DNA of 61,606 nucleotides from a virus (IMGVR_UViG_3300030372_004181:1-61606); one strand, 5' to 3'; shown: positions 47,798-56,229, counted from the stretch's first letter. Numbers and translations: made by a program. The notes: generated from the letters alone by a model not told the origin.

Positions 47798-49643
47798 GTT
47801 TGTATACAACGCACCAACTGAATGGACACCGAAAGATTATTATCCTGACTTGTCTAATGAAAAATTAATTGCGATTGACTTAGAAACGTGCGATAGAAAT
47901 TTAACAACTCACGGTTCTGGTTGGGCAACGGGCGATGGTTATGTAACCGGTATCGCTGTGGCGACTGCTGATTGGCAAGGTTATTATCCAATAGCTCATG
48001 GAGGCGGAAACCTCAATAAAAAGAAGGTGTTAGACTGGTTTAAGGGCGTAGCAAAACTTGATTGTGATAAAATTTTTCATAATGCGTCGTACGATTTAGG
48101 ATGGTTAAGAAGTCTAGGGATAACGGTCAACGGTAAAATACATGACACGATGATATCAAGTGCATTGATAGATGAAAACAGATATTCATTTACGTTAAAT
48201 AGTTTGGCAAAAGAAAAATTAGGTGAAACAAAGAACGAAGATTTATTAATCAAAGCTGCAAAAGAATTTGGTGTTGATCCAAAAAAAGAAATGTACAAGT
48301 TGCCATCAATGCATGTAGGCGAGTACGCGGAATACGATGCACGGCTAACGTACGATTTATATATATTTAATAAAAAAGAAATAGAAGCACAAGAACTGCA
48401 TGATATTTATGATTTAGAAACAAGATTACAGCCTTGTTTGATTGACATGAGAGCAAATGGTGTACGCGTAGATTTGGAGCAAGCAGAAGTTGCTAAAAAG
48501 TTATTGTCAAAAAAAGAAAAAGAATTGATGCAACAAATAAAAAAAATGTGTGGCATGGACATAGAAATATGGGCCGCAGCTTCTATTGCAAAAGCTTTTG
48601 ATTATTTAAAAATACCTTACCCAAGAACACCTAAGAGTGGTGCACCAAGTTTTACAAAGAATTTTTTATCTAGTAATGAACATGAGATAGCTCAAAAGAT
48701 TGTGGAAGCAAGAGAAATGAATAAAGCTAACACAACATTTATAGAAACTATTTTAAGACACCAACACAAAGGACGCATACACTCTGAGATACATCAGATG
48801 AGAAGTGACGATGGTGGTACAGTAACAGGTAGATTTAGTTATAGTAATCCTAACTTACAACAAATTCCCGCACGTAACGAAGATATTAAAAAGTTAATTC
48901 GTAGTTTGTTTATACCTGAAGAAGGTAAACAATGGGGCATGTTTGATTATTCACAACAAGAACCAAGATTAGTTGTTCATTATGCTTTTTGTGACAACTT
49001 GGATGTGCACTCAATTATAAGTGGTTACCGTGAAGGCGATGCTGACTTTCATCAAATGGTTGCAGATATTGCACAGATTCCTCGCGGACAGGCCAAGACA
49101 ATAAACCTGGGGCTATTCTATGGTATGGGCAAAAACAAATTGATGAATGAACTGGGTATTGAGAGTGTAGAGGCCGAAGAAATAATAAATACATATCAAA
49201 GTAAAGTTCCTTTTGTAAAACAATTAACATACAATGTTATGGACAAAGCGTCAGCCAGGGGAGAGATTAAAACTTTACTTGGTAGACATTGTCGTTTCCC
49301 TTTCTACGAACCAAGAGAGTTTGGCAAGAAAGGTTTTTACAAAACAAAAGAAGAAGCAATTGATGCACTAGGTCATGGTAATTACAAGCGCGCAGGTACG
49401 TACAAGGCAATGAACAAGTTAATTCAAGGGTCTGCAGCCGATCAAACAAAGAAAGCAATGGTGGACTTATACGAACAGGATGGTATCATACCTCATATAC
49501 AAGTGCATGACGAACTAAACATATCTGTTGAAAACAAAAGCGAGGCACTTAATATAAAAAATAAAATGGAAACGTGTGTTGATCTACATGTACCAAGCAA
49601 AGTCGACTATGCTATTGTAAAGAACTGGGGAGAGGCAAAATGA
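47790..49643 (+). CDS. polA: DNA polymerase family A with 3'-5' exonuclease
   Basis: DLET, HNASYD, YAEYD exonuclease motifs; TGRFS..NPNLQQIP, DYSQQEPR, AKTINLGLFYG, QVHDEL. Confidence 0.95.
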   Translation: MNKFVYNAPTEWTPKDYYPDLSNEKLIAIDLETCDRNLTTHGSGWATGDGYVTGIAVATADWQGYYPIAHGGGNLNKKKVLDWFKGVAKLDCDKIFHNASYDLGWLRSLGITVNGKIHDTMISSALIDENRYSFTLNSLAKEKLGETKNEDLLIKAAKEFGVDPKKEMYKLPSMHVGEYAEYDARLTYDLYIFNKKEIEAQELHDIYDLETRLQPCLIDMRANGVRVDLEQAEVAKKLLSKKEKELMQQIKKMCGMDIEIWAAASIAKAFDYLKIPYPRTPKSGAPSFTKNFLSSNEHEIAQKIVEAREMNKANTTFIETILRHQHKGRIHSEIHQMRSDDGGTVTGRFSYSNPNLQQIPARNEDIKKLIRSLFIPEEGKQWGMFDYSQQEPRLVVHYAFCDNLDVHSIISGYREGDADFHQMVADIAQIPRGQAKTINLGLFYGMGKNKLMNELGIESVEAEEIINTYQSKVPFVKQLTYNVMDKASARGEIKTLLGRHCRFPFYEPREFGKKGFYKTKEEAIDALGHGNYKRAGTYKAMNKLIQGSAADQTKKAMVDLYEQDGIIPHIQVHDELNISVENKSEALNIKNKMETCVDLHVPSKVDYAIVKNWGEAK

Positions 49644-49891
49644 CTGATAAAAATGTTATTAATGTATGCCTGTGTCCAGGGTGTGGCAATCTAACAACTA
49701 TGAAGAAAGTAGTAGATGACACTTTCTTTTGTAAACTTTGCCATCAAAAATTTAAACAGTATAAGAATGGTAAACTAATTTATGTTCCTTTACCGGTTGC
49801 TAAAGCAATGGAAGATAGTGAAATAATATTTGAATCTGATGCTGATTTGGATTTAGATATACAGTTTGATTTTGATCCAGAAGATTCTTAA
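49640..49891 (+). CDS. Zinc-ribbon protein with acidic tail
   Basis: CPGC...CKLC; ATGA overlap with polA. Confidence 0.75.
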   Translation: MTDKNVINVCLCPGCGNLTTMKKVVDDTFFCKLCHQKFKQYKNGKLIYVPLPVAKAMEDSEIIFESDADLDLDIQFDFDPEDS

Positions 49892-50196
49892 TTCTTAAAC
49901 TCGATAGCGTTAAACACCTCACCAACAATGGTCGACGGTCTACCGTCACTGTGGTATGTAGCGCAAGACTGTAGTTCTTCGAAAGGCACACCGTGTTGTA
50001 ATGCAACAGAAACCAATCTTCCAAACTCAGTTAATATATCAAACTTCTCTGTTCCAACTTTACCACCTCCACTTATCCATATCTCTTTAACTTTCTCGTC
50101 TTGAAACGAAACAGCGAGCCTGTAAGGCGTTCCTCCACTGTCAGTTATTTGGAAAGCGTACGCCGGACGACGGTTATCTAATTCTGTTCTACTCAT
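49888..50196 (-). CDS. Stand-alone NrdJ C-terminal (TSCPD-like) domain protein
   Basis: R..L.NRR...EI.I...K.G...SVALQHGVP.EEL...DGRPS pattern recalls class II RNR C-terminal region; no catalytic RNR domain. Confidence 0.65.
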   Translation of the reverse strand: MSRTELDNRRPAYAFQITDSGGTPYRLAVSFQDEKVKEIWISGGGKVGTEKFDILTEFGRLVSVALQHGVPFEELQSCATYHSDGRPSTIVGEVFNAIEFKN

Positions 50197-50365
50197 GTTC
50201 ACCGTTCTCTTTCTCCCATTCGTTGTAGTTTTCCCATTTATTTTTTAAATTAATCACTGATTTTTTTTGAAAGGGTTTTAATTTATCAAAAATATATGGG
50301 CGCATAACTTTTTTATAATGATGTTTTGCGCAAAAAATATCATATTTAGTAATTATATGAGGCAT
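50189..50365 (-). CDS. 58-aa hypothetical protein (not in ORF track)
   Basis: MPHIITKY...EKENGEHE; AGAAAG RBS; stop overlaps start of the TSCPD-like gene. Confidence 0.6.
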   Translation of the reverse strand: MPHIITKYDIFCAKHHYKKVMRPYIFDKLKPFQKKSVINLKNKWENYNEWEKENGEHE

Positions 50366-50402
50366 GGTAAGTCTTTCTTTCTGTTTATTTTTTTTTACAT
50401 AA

Positions 50403-50449
50403 TAACAATATTTTGTTGACAGTCAATAGTATATTACTATATCTTGTGG
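50403..50449. promoter_or_regulatory. Tandem NrdR-box-like pair over divergent promoters
   Basis: TAACAATATTTTGTTG (50403-18) and TTACTATATCTTGTGG (50434-49), 31 nt apart; central TTGACAGTCAA supplies back-to-back -35 hexamers. Confidence 0.65.
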
Positions 50450-50479
50450 TAGATTATAATAAAATATGGAGGAATCTAT

Positions 50480-50644
50480 ATGGATGATAATTGGGTGCCC
50501 CACATAATGGGCAACGATTTTGAGACAACTCGTTTACATGAAGAAAACAAGCTGTTGAAACTACAGGTTGAAGAGCTTCAAAAAACGATAAATAGTCTTA
50601 AGGTATCTTTTGTCCAAGAGACCGGTCGAGAAATCGCAGTATAA
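50480..50644 (+). CDS. 54-aa coiled-coil protein (not in ORF track)
   Basis: GGAGG RBS; MDDNWVPH...GREIAV. Confidence 0.65.
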   Translation: MDDNWVPHIMGNDFETTRLHEENKLLKLQVEELQKTINSLKVSFVQETGREIAV

Positions 50645-50664
50645 AACAAAAAAGAAAGAAGGTA

Positions 50665-50850
50665 ATGATGCCAGACATCACTAAATACTCATCTGTTTCT
50701 ATTTCGAAAACAGCATACAAAGAACTTAATTTAATAAAAGAAAAACTGTCAGATGATTTAGGTGTATCCTTTTCATTGGCAAAACTCATTGAACATTTAG
50801 CAAAAGAAAAAGTAAAAAAGTTAAAGCTCAATGGTCATGCAGGAAAGTAA
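50665..50850 (+). CDS. Small putative DNA-binding protein (ribbon-helix-helix-like)
   Basis: YSSVSIS strand followed by two amphipathic helices. Confidence 0.6.
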   Translation: MMPDITKYSSVSISKTAYKELNLIKEKLSDDLGVSFSLAKLIEHLAKEKVKKLKLNGHAGK

Positions 50851-51544
50851 CGAACCAAAATCGTTAATTACAGAAAGATATTCTTACGGGGATGTTAAAC
50901 GTAAAACAATTAATGGCCGACGTCATTATGAAGGCGAGGGAAAGTTTCTCCCGTCCGTTACAACAATCATCTCCACCACCAAGAGCCAAAAAGATAAAGA
51001 AGGTTTACTTAGGTGGAAAGAGCGAGTTGGCGAAACGGAGGCTGAGGCGATTAAAAGCCAGGCGGCGTCTGTAGGTACAGCTATGCATAAATTCCTCGAG
51101 TGTCATATAAAAGGGCTTGGCTACGATGACCAAACAAACATTGGTATCATAGCCAAGCGAATGGCACAACTAATCGTTAGGAATGCCTTGCCATCAATGG
51201 ATGAATATTGGGGCACCGAAATCCCCCTTTTCTACCCCACATTCTATGGTGGCACGGCCGATTGTACAGGAGTTTGGCGTGAACAGCCAGCAGTTATTGA
51301 TTTTAAACAAACCAACAAACCTAAAAAAGATGAATGGATTGAAGATTATTTTATACAACTTGCGGCTTACATCATGGCTCATGACGCATTATATAAAACA
51401 AAGATGGAAGCGGGTGTTATACTTATGGCGTCACGAGGTATGACATTGCAAATGTTTACATTGAACGGTGATAAACTTGATGACTACAAATACAAATGGT
51501 TAAAACGTTGCGAACAATATTATTTAGGAGAAATGAATGGTTAA
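50831..51544 (+). CDS. PD-(D/E)XK exonuclease
   Basis: PSVTTI, W.ERVG, GT.MH, E..L, GTAD, IDFKQ, YF.QLAAY. Confidence 0.88.
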   Translation: MVMQESNEPKSLITERYSYGDVKRKTINGRRHYEGEGKFLPSVTTIISTTKSQKDKEGLLRWKERVGETEAEAIKSQAASVGTAMHKFLECHIKGLGYDDQTNIGIIAKRMAQLIVRNALPSMDEYWGTEIPLFYPTFYGGTADCTGVWREQPAVIDFKQTNKPKKDEWIEDYFIQLAAYIMAHDALYKTKMEAGVILMASRGMTLQMFTLNGDKLDDYKYKWLKRCEQYYLGEMNG

Positions 51545-51752
51545 ATGGACAACTAAAGAATTAGTAGCGAGGTTAGAAAAATTTTGTGCAAGCCCAGAGG
51601 GCGCGAACGCTCGCGTGTCTCTTGCTGTGCCGATGGGGTTTGGTTCTAATCCGAACACGTCGTTTGATATAAAAAAGATTGATCTTGTGCCTAATACTAT
51701 TATAGGTGCTAAAGAAAAATATCGTTTGATAATTGTAATCCAGGAGCTGTAA
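51537..51752 (+). CDS. Hypothetical protein
   Basis: AGGAG RBS, overlaps upstream stop. Confidence 0.7.
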   Translation: MVKWTTKELVARLEKFCASPEGANARVSLAVPMGFGSNPNTSFDIKKIDLVPNTIIGAKEKYRLIIVIQEL

Positions 51753-51753
51753 T

Positions 51754-51960
51754 ATGATACCGTTATATACTAGAATGAGAAAGATCGAATTGTTTTTAGA
51801 TCGTGATTATTTACCCGAGGATATTAAACGAATATTTAAAGGACATTGGAACAGGCTCAACGAACAACGGACAATGAAAGCTAAAGAAAGAAACTTGGAG
51901 AGTGAAGCATTCTTTGCACGTCTAGGCGGTGTGATGGGACAAGACAATGAGGAAAGCTAA
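51754..51960 (+). CDS. Hypothetical protein
   Basis: AGGAG RBS. Confidence 0.65.
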   Translation: MIPLYTRMRKIELFLDRDYLPEDIKRIFKGHWNRLNEQRTMKAKERNLESEAFFARLGGVMGQDNEES

Positions 51961-52090
51961 AGCACATTACGAACACACACGTGGACCAAAGAAACGCACG
52001 AGCATTGGCAACAGCATACGTTCACGTCCTAAAAATAAACACAAGCGACGTAATTTTAAAAAGTACCGAGGCCAAGGCAAAAAACGCTAG
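51947..52090 (+). CDS. 47-aa basic peptide ending KKYRGQGKKR (not in ORF track)
   Basis: Manual translation; overlaps both neighbours. Confidence 0.75.
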   Translation: MRKAKAHYEHTRGPKKRTSIGNSIRSRPKNKHKRRNFKKYRGQGKKR

Positions 52091-52527
52091 TGGGCTATAA
52101 AGACAAAGCAAAAGAAAAATTAAATCGTGTGCAATACATGAACACCGAACACGGGTGGCTTACAGTTAAATACAATGATTTAAAAAAAACTTGGAAACGT
52201 AAACCCCACCGAAAAGAATTTAAGGATGTTTTAACGAAAGAAGAGTTTTTTCAATCTTGGAAGGAACACAAAGAAAAACACGATTGGAATTGTTATTATA
52301 CGGGCGAACCTATGACAATAGGCAGACCTTTATCAGAGAACGGAGTACATAATAGAAACTCAGCAGACCCAAACAAAATGTCAGTAGATAGGTTTGATTC
52401 AACGAAAGGCTACACCAAAGACAATATAGTTTTTTGTTGTTGGTCTTTTAATAATCGCAAGGGCCCAATTACATTAGATGACTGTAAAATTATTTTACAA
52501 AAAGCACTTGACAGAGAGACCACATAG
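52090..52527 (+). CDS. HNH-like (beta-beta-alpha-Me) endonuclease
   Basis: CYYTG..M...SVDR.DS.KGYT.DN...CC...N..K. Confidence 0.8.
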   Translation: MGYKDKAKEKLNRVQYMNTEHGWLTVKYNDLKKTWKRKPHRKEFKDVLTKEEFFQSWKEHKEKHDWNCYYTGEPMTIGRPLSENGVHNRNSADPNKMSVDRFDSTKGYTKDNIVFCCWSFNNRKGPITLDDCKIILQKALDRETT

Positions 52528-52626
52528 CATTATATAGGATAGTAATTGTTCCCGTTTTGGCTTTAGTAATGCGGCAATGCTTGGCATGAAAACCCAGAAC
52601 GGGACAGCGCGAAGAAAGACAGAAAG

Positions 52627-52770
52627 ATGATTATAGATACACGAAAATGTATAAGGTGTGATAGCGAGTTCACTATAACCCGTTGGCAGAAATCGAAAAA
52701 ATATTGTTCCGATAAGTGCTCAAATGGTTATTATAAGAGCACCAACGCAAAACTGAGGAAGAAAAAATGA
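52627..52770 (+). CDS. 47-aa zinc-finger peptide (not in ORF track)
   Basis: CIRC...F...KKYCSDKC; AGAAAG upstream. Confidence 0.7.
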   Translation: MIIDTRKCIRCDSEFTITRWQKSKKYCSDKCSNGYYKSTNAKLRKKK

Positions 52771-52922
52771 AAACATTATTTCTATTCGGTATTTTTGTAT
52801 TGTTGACATCTATGTCGATCAATCAATACCGGTATCTTGACGTTAACTGGTGCTCATCTGAGATACAGATACTGCGCGATCAAGTAAGTGATATATGGTT
52901 TTACTATGGCCTTGATGATTAG
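52767..52922 (+). CDS. 51-aa protein with signal/TM helix (not in ORF track)
   Basis: MKTLFLFGIFVLLTSMS...; overlaps both neighbours. Confidence 0.6.
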   Translation: MKTLFLFGIFVLLTSMSINQYRYLDVNWCSSEIQILRDQVSDIWFYYGLDD

Positions 52923-53277
52923 ATTATTAATCTTACTTTTATTGACAACTACAGCGACAGCCGACATTTATTGTTACGATGGTGACACCTGCTATGTCAA
53001 CAGAGAGCCTATAAGACTACTCGGTGTCGATACACCAGAGATTCGGGGTGCTAAGTGCAGCCTGGAGCGTATCAAAGCACTGGAAGCCAGAGATTTTTTA
53101 AACGATACCATTGATGATGCAAAAGAAGTGGCAGTCCATGTGTCAAAAGTTCGTGGGCATTACGGTCGTATGCTTGGATATGTGTACGTTGATGGCGAAA
53201 ATATGTCCGATGTGCTTATTAGAAAGGGCTACGGTGTGAAATATGATATGTATAACAAGGAGGATTGGTGCAAATGA
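52915..53277 (+). CDS. Thermonuclease (SNase family) with signal peptide
   Basis: YDGDT...IRLLGVDTPE...YGRMLGYV.VDG...LI.KG; N-terminal MIRLLILLLLTTTATA. Confidence 0.88.
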   Translation: MIRLLILLLLTTTATADIYCYDGDTCYVNREPIRLLGVDTPEIRGAKCSLERIKALEARDFLNDTIDDAKEVAVHVSKVRGHYGRMLGYVYVDGENMSDVLIRKGYGVKYDMYNKEDWCK

Positions 53278-53477
53278 CTTATAAACCATTAACAGCAGGC
53301 GATATACGGTGGATTGAGGCTACTACAGAGCGTGATATGGGCGCTAAAGAGTCGGTAAAGAGCACCGTTCGAAAATTAGAGGCTGAAAACGAGCGAAAAA
53401 TGGAGCGTATATCGGTATCCGGTGACTTTTATCGAAGGTTAAGGGGCAAGGTTCAAGGGACAATGGACAACGGTTAA
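53265..53477 (+). CDS. Hypothetical protein
   Basis: AAGGAGG RBS. Confidence 0.65.
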   Translation: MVQMTYKPLTAGDIRWIEATTERDMGAKESVKSTVRKLEAENERKMERISVSGDFYRRLRGKVQGTMDNG

Positions 53478-53540
53478 CGGACAACGTATAAGGGATATCT
53501 TGAGTAGTTATAAAAAATATTTTTTTACTGAGTAGACCCT

Positions 53541-53641
53541 TCTACACCTACTACACTTACTACAAAAGTATAAAATATAATAATATCAATAATATAGATA
53601 GTGTAAAATGTAGTAACTTTGTAGTAATTGTAGTAACTACA
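53541..53641. repeat. Inverted iteron array around an AT-rich core (origin-like)
   Basis: (TTA)CTACA x3 facing TGTAGTAA x3 in a ~240-nt non-coding gap. Confidence 0.6.
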
Positions 53642-53721
53642 TAATGACATTTTACGTATAACAATTAAAAAACCAAAAAATATTCTAGAAAGTAGTCGAA
53701 ATATACACTATAGTATTCGAT

Positions 53722-54117
53722 ATGAAAGTTACGAAAACGAAACCAAAGAAAGTTGATACACCTAAAGGGTTCCCGGAATCAGTCAAGGTAGGTTATAGAG
53801 ATCTCAAAATCGAATGGATTGCACCAGATTTTAAAACAGATAATCTTACAGATTGTTACGGACACTATAAAGCTAGAGAAGGGCTTATTCAGATACAGCA
53901 TGACTTGTGTGGCCAAGAACGAAGCAATACTTTGTTGCATGAAGTGTTGCATGCATGCGTTTATGGATCCGGACTTAATCAAGCTGAAGGACCTTTGAAG
54001 GAAGATAATGCTGAAGAGTTAACTGTAAATCAACTTACTAATTATTTGATGGGTGTATTTAGAGATAATCCATGGTTTTTGGACTACATTAAAAAGGGTG
54101 TGAATGATTCAGAATAG
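53722..54117 (+). CDS. Zincin-like metallopeptidase domain protein
   Basis: TLLHEVLHA (HExxH) with downstream EE. Confidence 0.75.
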   Translation: MKVTKTKPKKVDTPKGFPESVKVGYRDLKIEWIAPDFKTDNLTDCYGHYKAREGLIQIQHDLCGQERSNTLLHEVLHACVYGSGLNQAEGPLKEDNAEELTVNQLTNYLMGVFRDNPWFLDYIKKGVNDSE

Positions 54118-54585
54118 TTAGTCTTTAACTTCTTCTGAATCAACTTCTATTACGTTCATCTTACTCATCAAATCAGATATTCTTTCTTGTACTTCTGCGT
54201 CTGTAAGTTGATCTATCTTACCATGTTTGACATGCATTTCATTGATGTATAATCCTGCCGCCTTACCACGCGCAACTTCTGCCTGGACTGCTGCTGAATA
54301 GGATTCTTTTTCGACAGCCGCGTCTCTTATTTTTTGTAGTTCTTTAAAGTGTCTATCTATTGTTACGTTATATTTCTTTTGCACTTCTTCGCGCACACGT
54401 TTGATTTCTTCACAAACCAAAGGATAATATTTTACATTTTGTAGTTTTGAGGCATGATGTCTTGCAGATGACTCTGGGTAACCGGCACGTATGGCAGCTT
54501 CAGTTGCCGTTATCCGCCCTTCATTACTAATTAATTCGTGAACAAAAATAATTTGTTTTTCGGTTAGTTTCTTTGGTACTCCCAC
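54118..54585 (-). CDS. terS: Terminase small subunit
   Basis: LTEKQ..F...ATEAAIRAGY..SA...AS.L HTH pattern; AVQAEVARGKAAGLY; GTG start with GAAAGG RBS. Confidence 0.85.
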   Translation of the reverse strand: MGVPKKLTEKQIIFVHELISNEGRITATEAAIRAGYPESSARHHASKLQNVKYYPLVCEEIKRVREEVQKKYNVTIDRHFKELQKIRDAAVEKESYSAAVQAEVARGKAAGLYINEMHVKHGKIDQLTDAEVQERISDLMSKMNVIEVDSEEVKD

Positions 54586-54663
54586 GCTTGAGCCTTTCGC
54601 TTGATGCTTTTTTCACGCTTGCGCCTTCAGTTTTCTATTTTTTTCGCGCTTGCGCCTTCGGTT
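54585..54663. repeat. CGCTTG(A/C)GCCTT repeats upstream of terS
   Basis: Copies at 54585, 54616 and 54647 (31-nt period) plus a partial copy at 54598, separated by T tracts. Confidence 0.7.
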
Positions 54664-54680
54664 TTTTGTTTTTTTCCAAA

Positions 54681-54698
54681 TGTTGCAAAAATATCACA
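54681..54698. promoter_or_regulatory. 18-bp operator-like box (TGTTGCA-N4-TATCACA)
   Basis: Related to copies at 332, 60000 and 60678. Confidence 0.5.
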
Positions 54699-54736
54699 AA
54701 AATAAAAATTTTTCAAGTTTGGTTGTTTTTTGTTTG

Positions 54737-54785
54737 ACACAATATGTAGTGGTTTGATGGCTTTCATAAACACAAGATATAGTAT
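54737..54785. promoter_or_regulatory. Tandem NrdR-box-like pair
   Basis: ACACAATATGTAGTGG (54737-52) and ACACAAGATATAGTAT (54770-85), 33 nt apart. Confidence 0.65.
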
Positions 54786-54856
54786 GTTGATAACTCTAAG
54801 TCAATAGCAAAATAATATAAAATGCTATTGACAATTAGAAACAAATCATTTATACT
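54776..54856. promoter_or_regulatory. Divergent promoters (terS side / early genes side)
   Basis: + TTGACA(54828)-17-TATACT; - TTGACT(54804)-17-TATATC; 10-bp inverted repeat GTCAATAGCA/TGCTATTGAC. Confidence 0.7.
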
Positions 54857-54906
54857 AAGAACTAATTAAGATAAGCGACAAGTATATTCAAACTGAAAGA
54901 TAAAAA

Positions 54907-55089
54907 ATGAAAGATAAAATTACTAGCAAAAAAATCAATCAAAAACAAATAAAAATTATAGATGAGCATTTAGAATTAGAAAGTTTAGATGATTTATATG
55001 AAGAAGAAGAAGAAATCGAGCCTTATGAAACAGTTTATGAAAATGGCAAGTGGAAAAGCTCAAGGTATCGAATTAGTTTTAAGGATTAA
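54907..55089 (+). CDS. Small acidic hypothetical protein
   Basis: First ORF after promoter; GAAAG RBS. Confidence 0.65.
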   Translation: MKDKITSKKINQKQIKIIDEHLELESLDDLYEEEEEIEPYETVYENGKWKSSRYRISFKD

Positions 55090-55091
55090 AA

Positions 55092-55763
55092 ATGGGTAAA
55101 GTAAAAACAAAATACAAAAAATGTGATGACTGTGATGTTATTCTTGCTTATACTTTTAAGAAAAAATCAAAATGTTTAAGTTGTCGAAAAATATATCATA
55201 ATTATAGAAGAAAAGAATATGATAAAAAGTATTTAGAAAACAATCAAGAGAGAATTAAAGAATTTAAACGTAATTATTATTTGAATAATAAAGATTTAAT
55301 AATATTTAGGCAAAAAAATAATCCAAACACTAAAACAACACAGCGAAAAACATATCAAAAAAACAAATATAAAATACTCGAAAAACAGAAAATTTATAGA
55401 GCCAAAAACAAAGATAAATATAGCATAACAGCGAAATTATATCGAGACAAAAATAAAGAAAAACTTAAAAATTATTATAATAAATGGAGAATAGAAAATA
55501 AGCACATAATAAAAGCTAACTGTAAAAAGCAGAAGTTATCTAGGCTCAATAGAATTCCTAAATGGACTAACTTAAAAAAGATAAAAGAAATATATAAAAA
55601 CTGTCCTGAAAATTATCATGTAGATCACATTATACCTTTGAAGGGAAAAACAGTAAGCGGATTACATGTTCCCTCTAATTTACAGTATTTAACAGCTAAA
55701 GATAATTTCACTAAGAAAAACAGTTTTAAAGAAGAATATTTATTAATTAACGGATTAGGTTGA
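55092..55763 (+). CDS. HNH endonuclease (possible free-standing homing type)
   Basis: N-terminal CxxC pairs, Y/K-rich helical repeats, [20 protein letters not shown]...N. Confidence 0.88.
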   Translation: MGKVKTKYKKCDDCDVILAYTFKKKSKCLSCRKIYHNYRRKEYDKKYLENNQERIKEFKRNYYLNNKDLIIFRQKNNPNTKTTQRKTYQKNKYKILEKQKIYRAKNKDKYSITAKLYRDKNKEKLKNYYNKWRIENKHIIKANCKKQKLSRLNRIPKWTNLKKIKEIYKNCPENYHVDHIIPLKGKTVSGLHVPSNLQYLTAKDNFTKKNSFKEEYLLINGLG

Positions 55764-55768
55764 AATTT

Positions 55769-56011
55769 ATGGGTAAAGTAAAAGATCAAGGATATATTGA
55801 AGCAGAATTATTTATTGATGAGACTGTCAAAAATATTCACCGAGAATTAATAACAGTACAAGAGGCAATAGAAATATTAAAAGAAAATTCACTTGTAACA
55901 ACATTTTTTAGTGATGATGATATTGATTTAATAGTTGACTTTGAAACTGACCTCTCAATAGATCATCAAGATATAGATTGTATGATAGATGACGAAGGGA
56001 CAATTCATTGA
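55769..56011 (+). CDS. Acidic hypothetical protein (MGKVK start)
   Basis: Same MGKVK N-terminus as the HNH gene, consistent with HNH insertion at this gene's start. Confidence 0.7.
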   Translation: MGKVKDQGYIEAELFIDETVKNIHRELITVQEAIEILKENSLVTTFFSDDDIDLIVDFETDLSIDHQDIDCMIDDEGTIH

Positions 56012-56229
56012 TGGCAAAAGTGATGGAGCAAAATAAATGGTGGAAACTTCACGGCGGTAGATACAACAAAGAAGGCTATGACCGATTAGGAATACATAAA
56101 GATAGTGCGAGAAGAAAAGAGCAAGACAAACAATTTAAAAAAGATTTTGCCTATATGGAGTGGAAAATAAATATTAGAAAAGAATTAGGAATAAAACCGA
56201 GAAAATTTTTTAAAGATAAAGATGAATAA
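56011..56229 (+). CDS. Basic hypothetical protein
   Basis: TGATG coupling. Confidence 0.65.
   Translation: MAKVMEQNKWWKLHGGRYNKEGYDRLGIHKDSARRKEQDKQFKKDFAYMEWKINIRKELGIKPRKFFKDKDE

Noticed and set aside
50496-50515. CCCACATAATGGGCAAC resembling the early promoter palindrome
   Set aside because: Partial gapped match inside a coding region; cannot be separated from chance.
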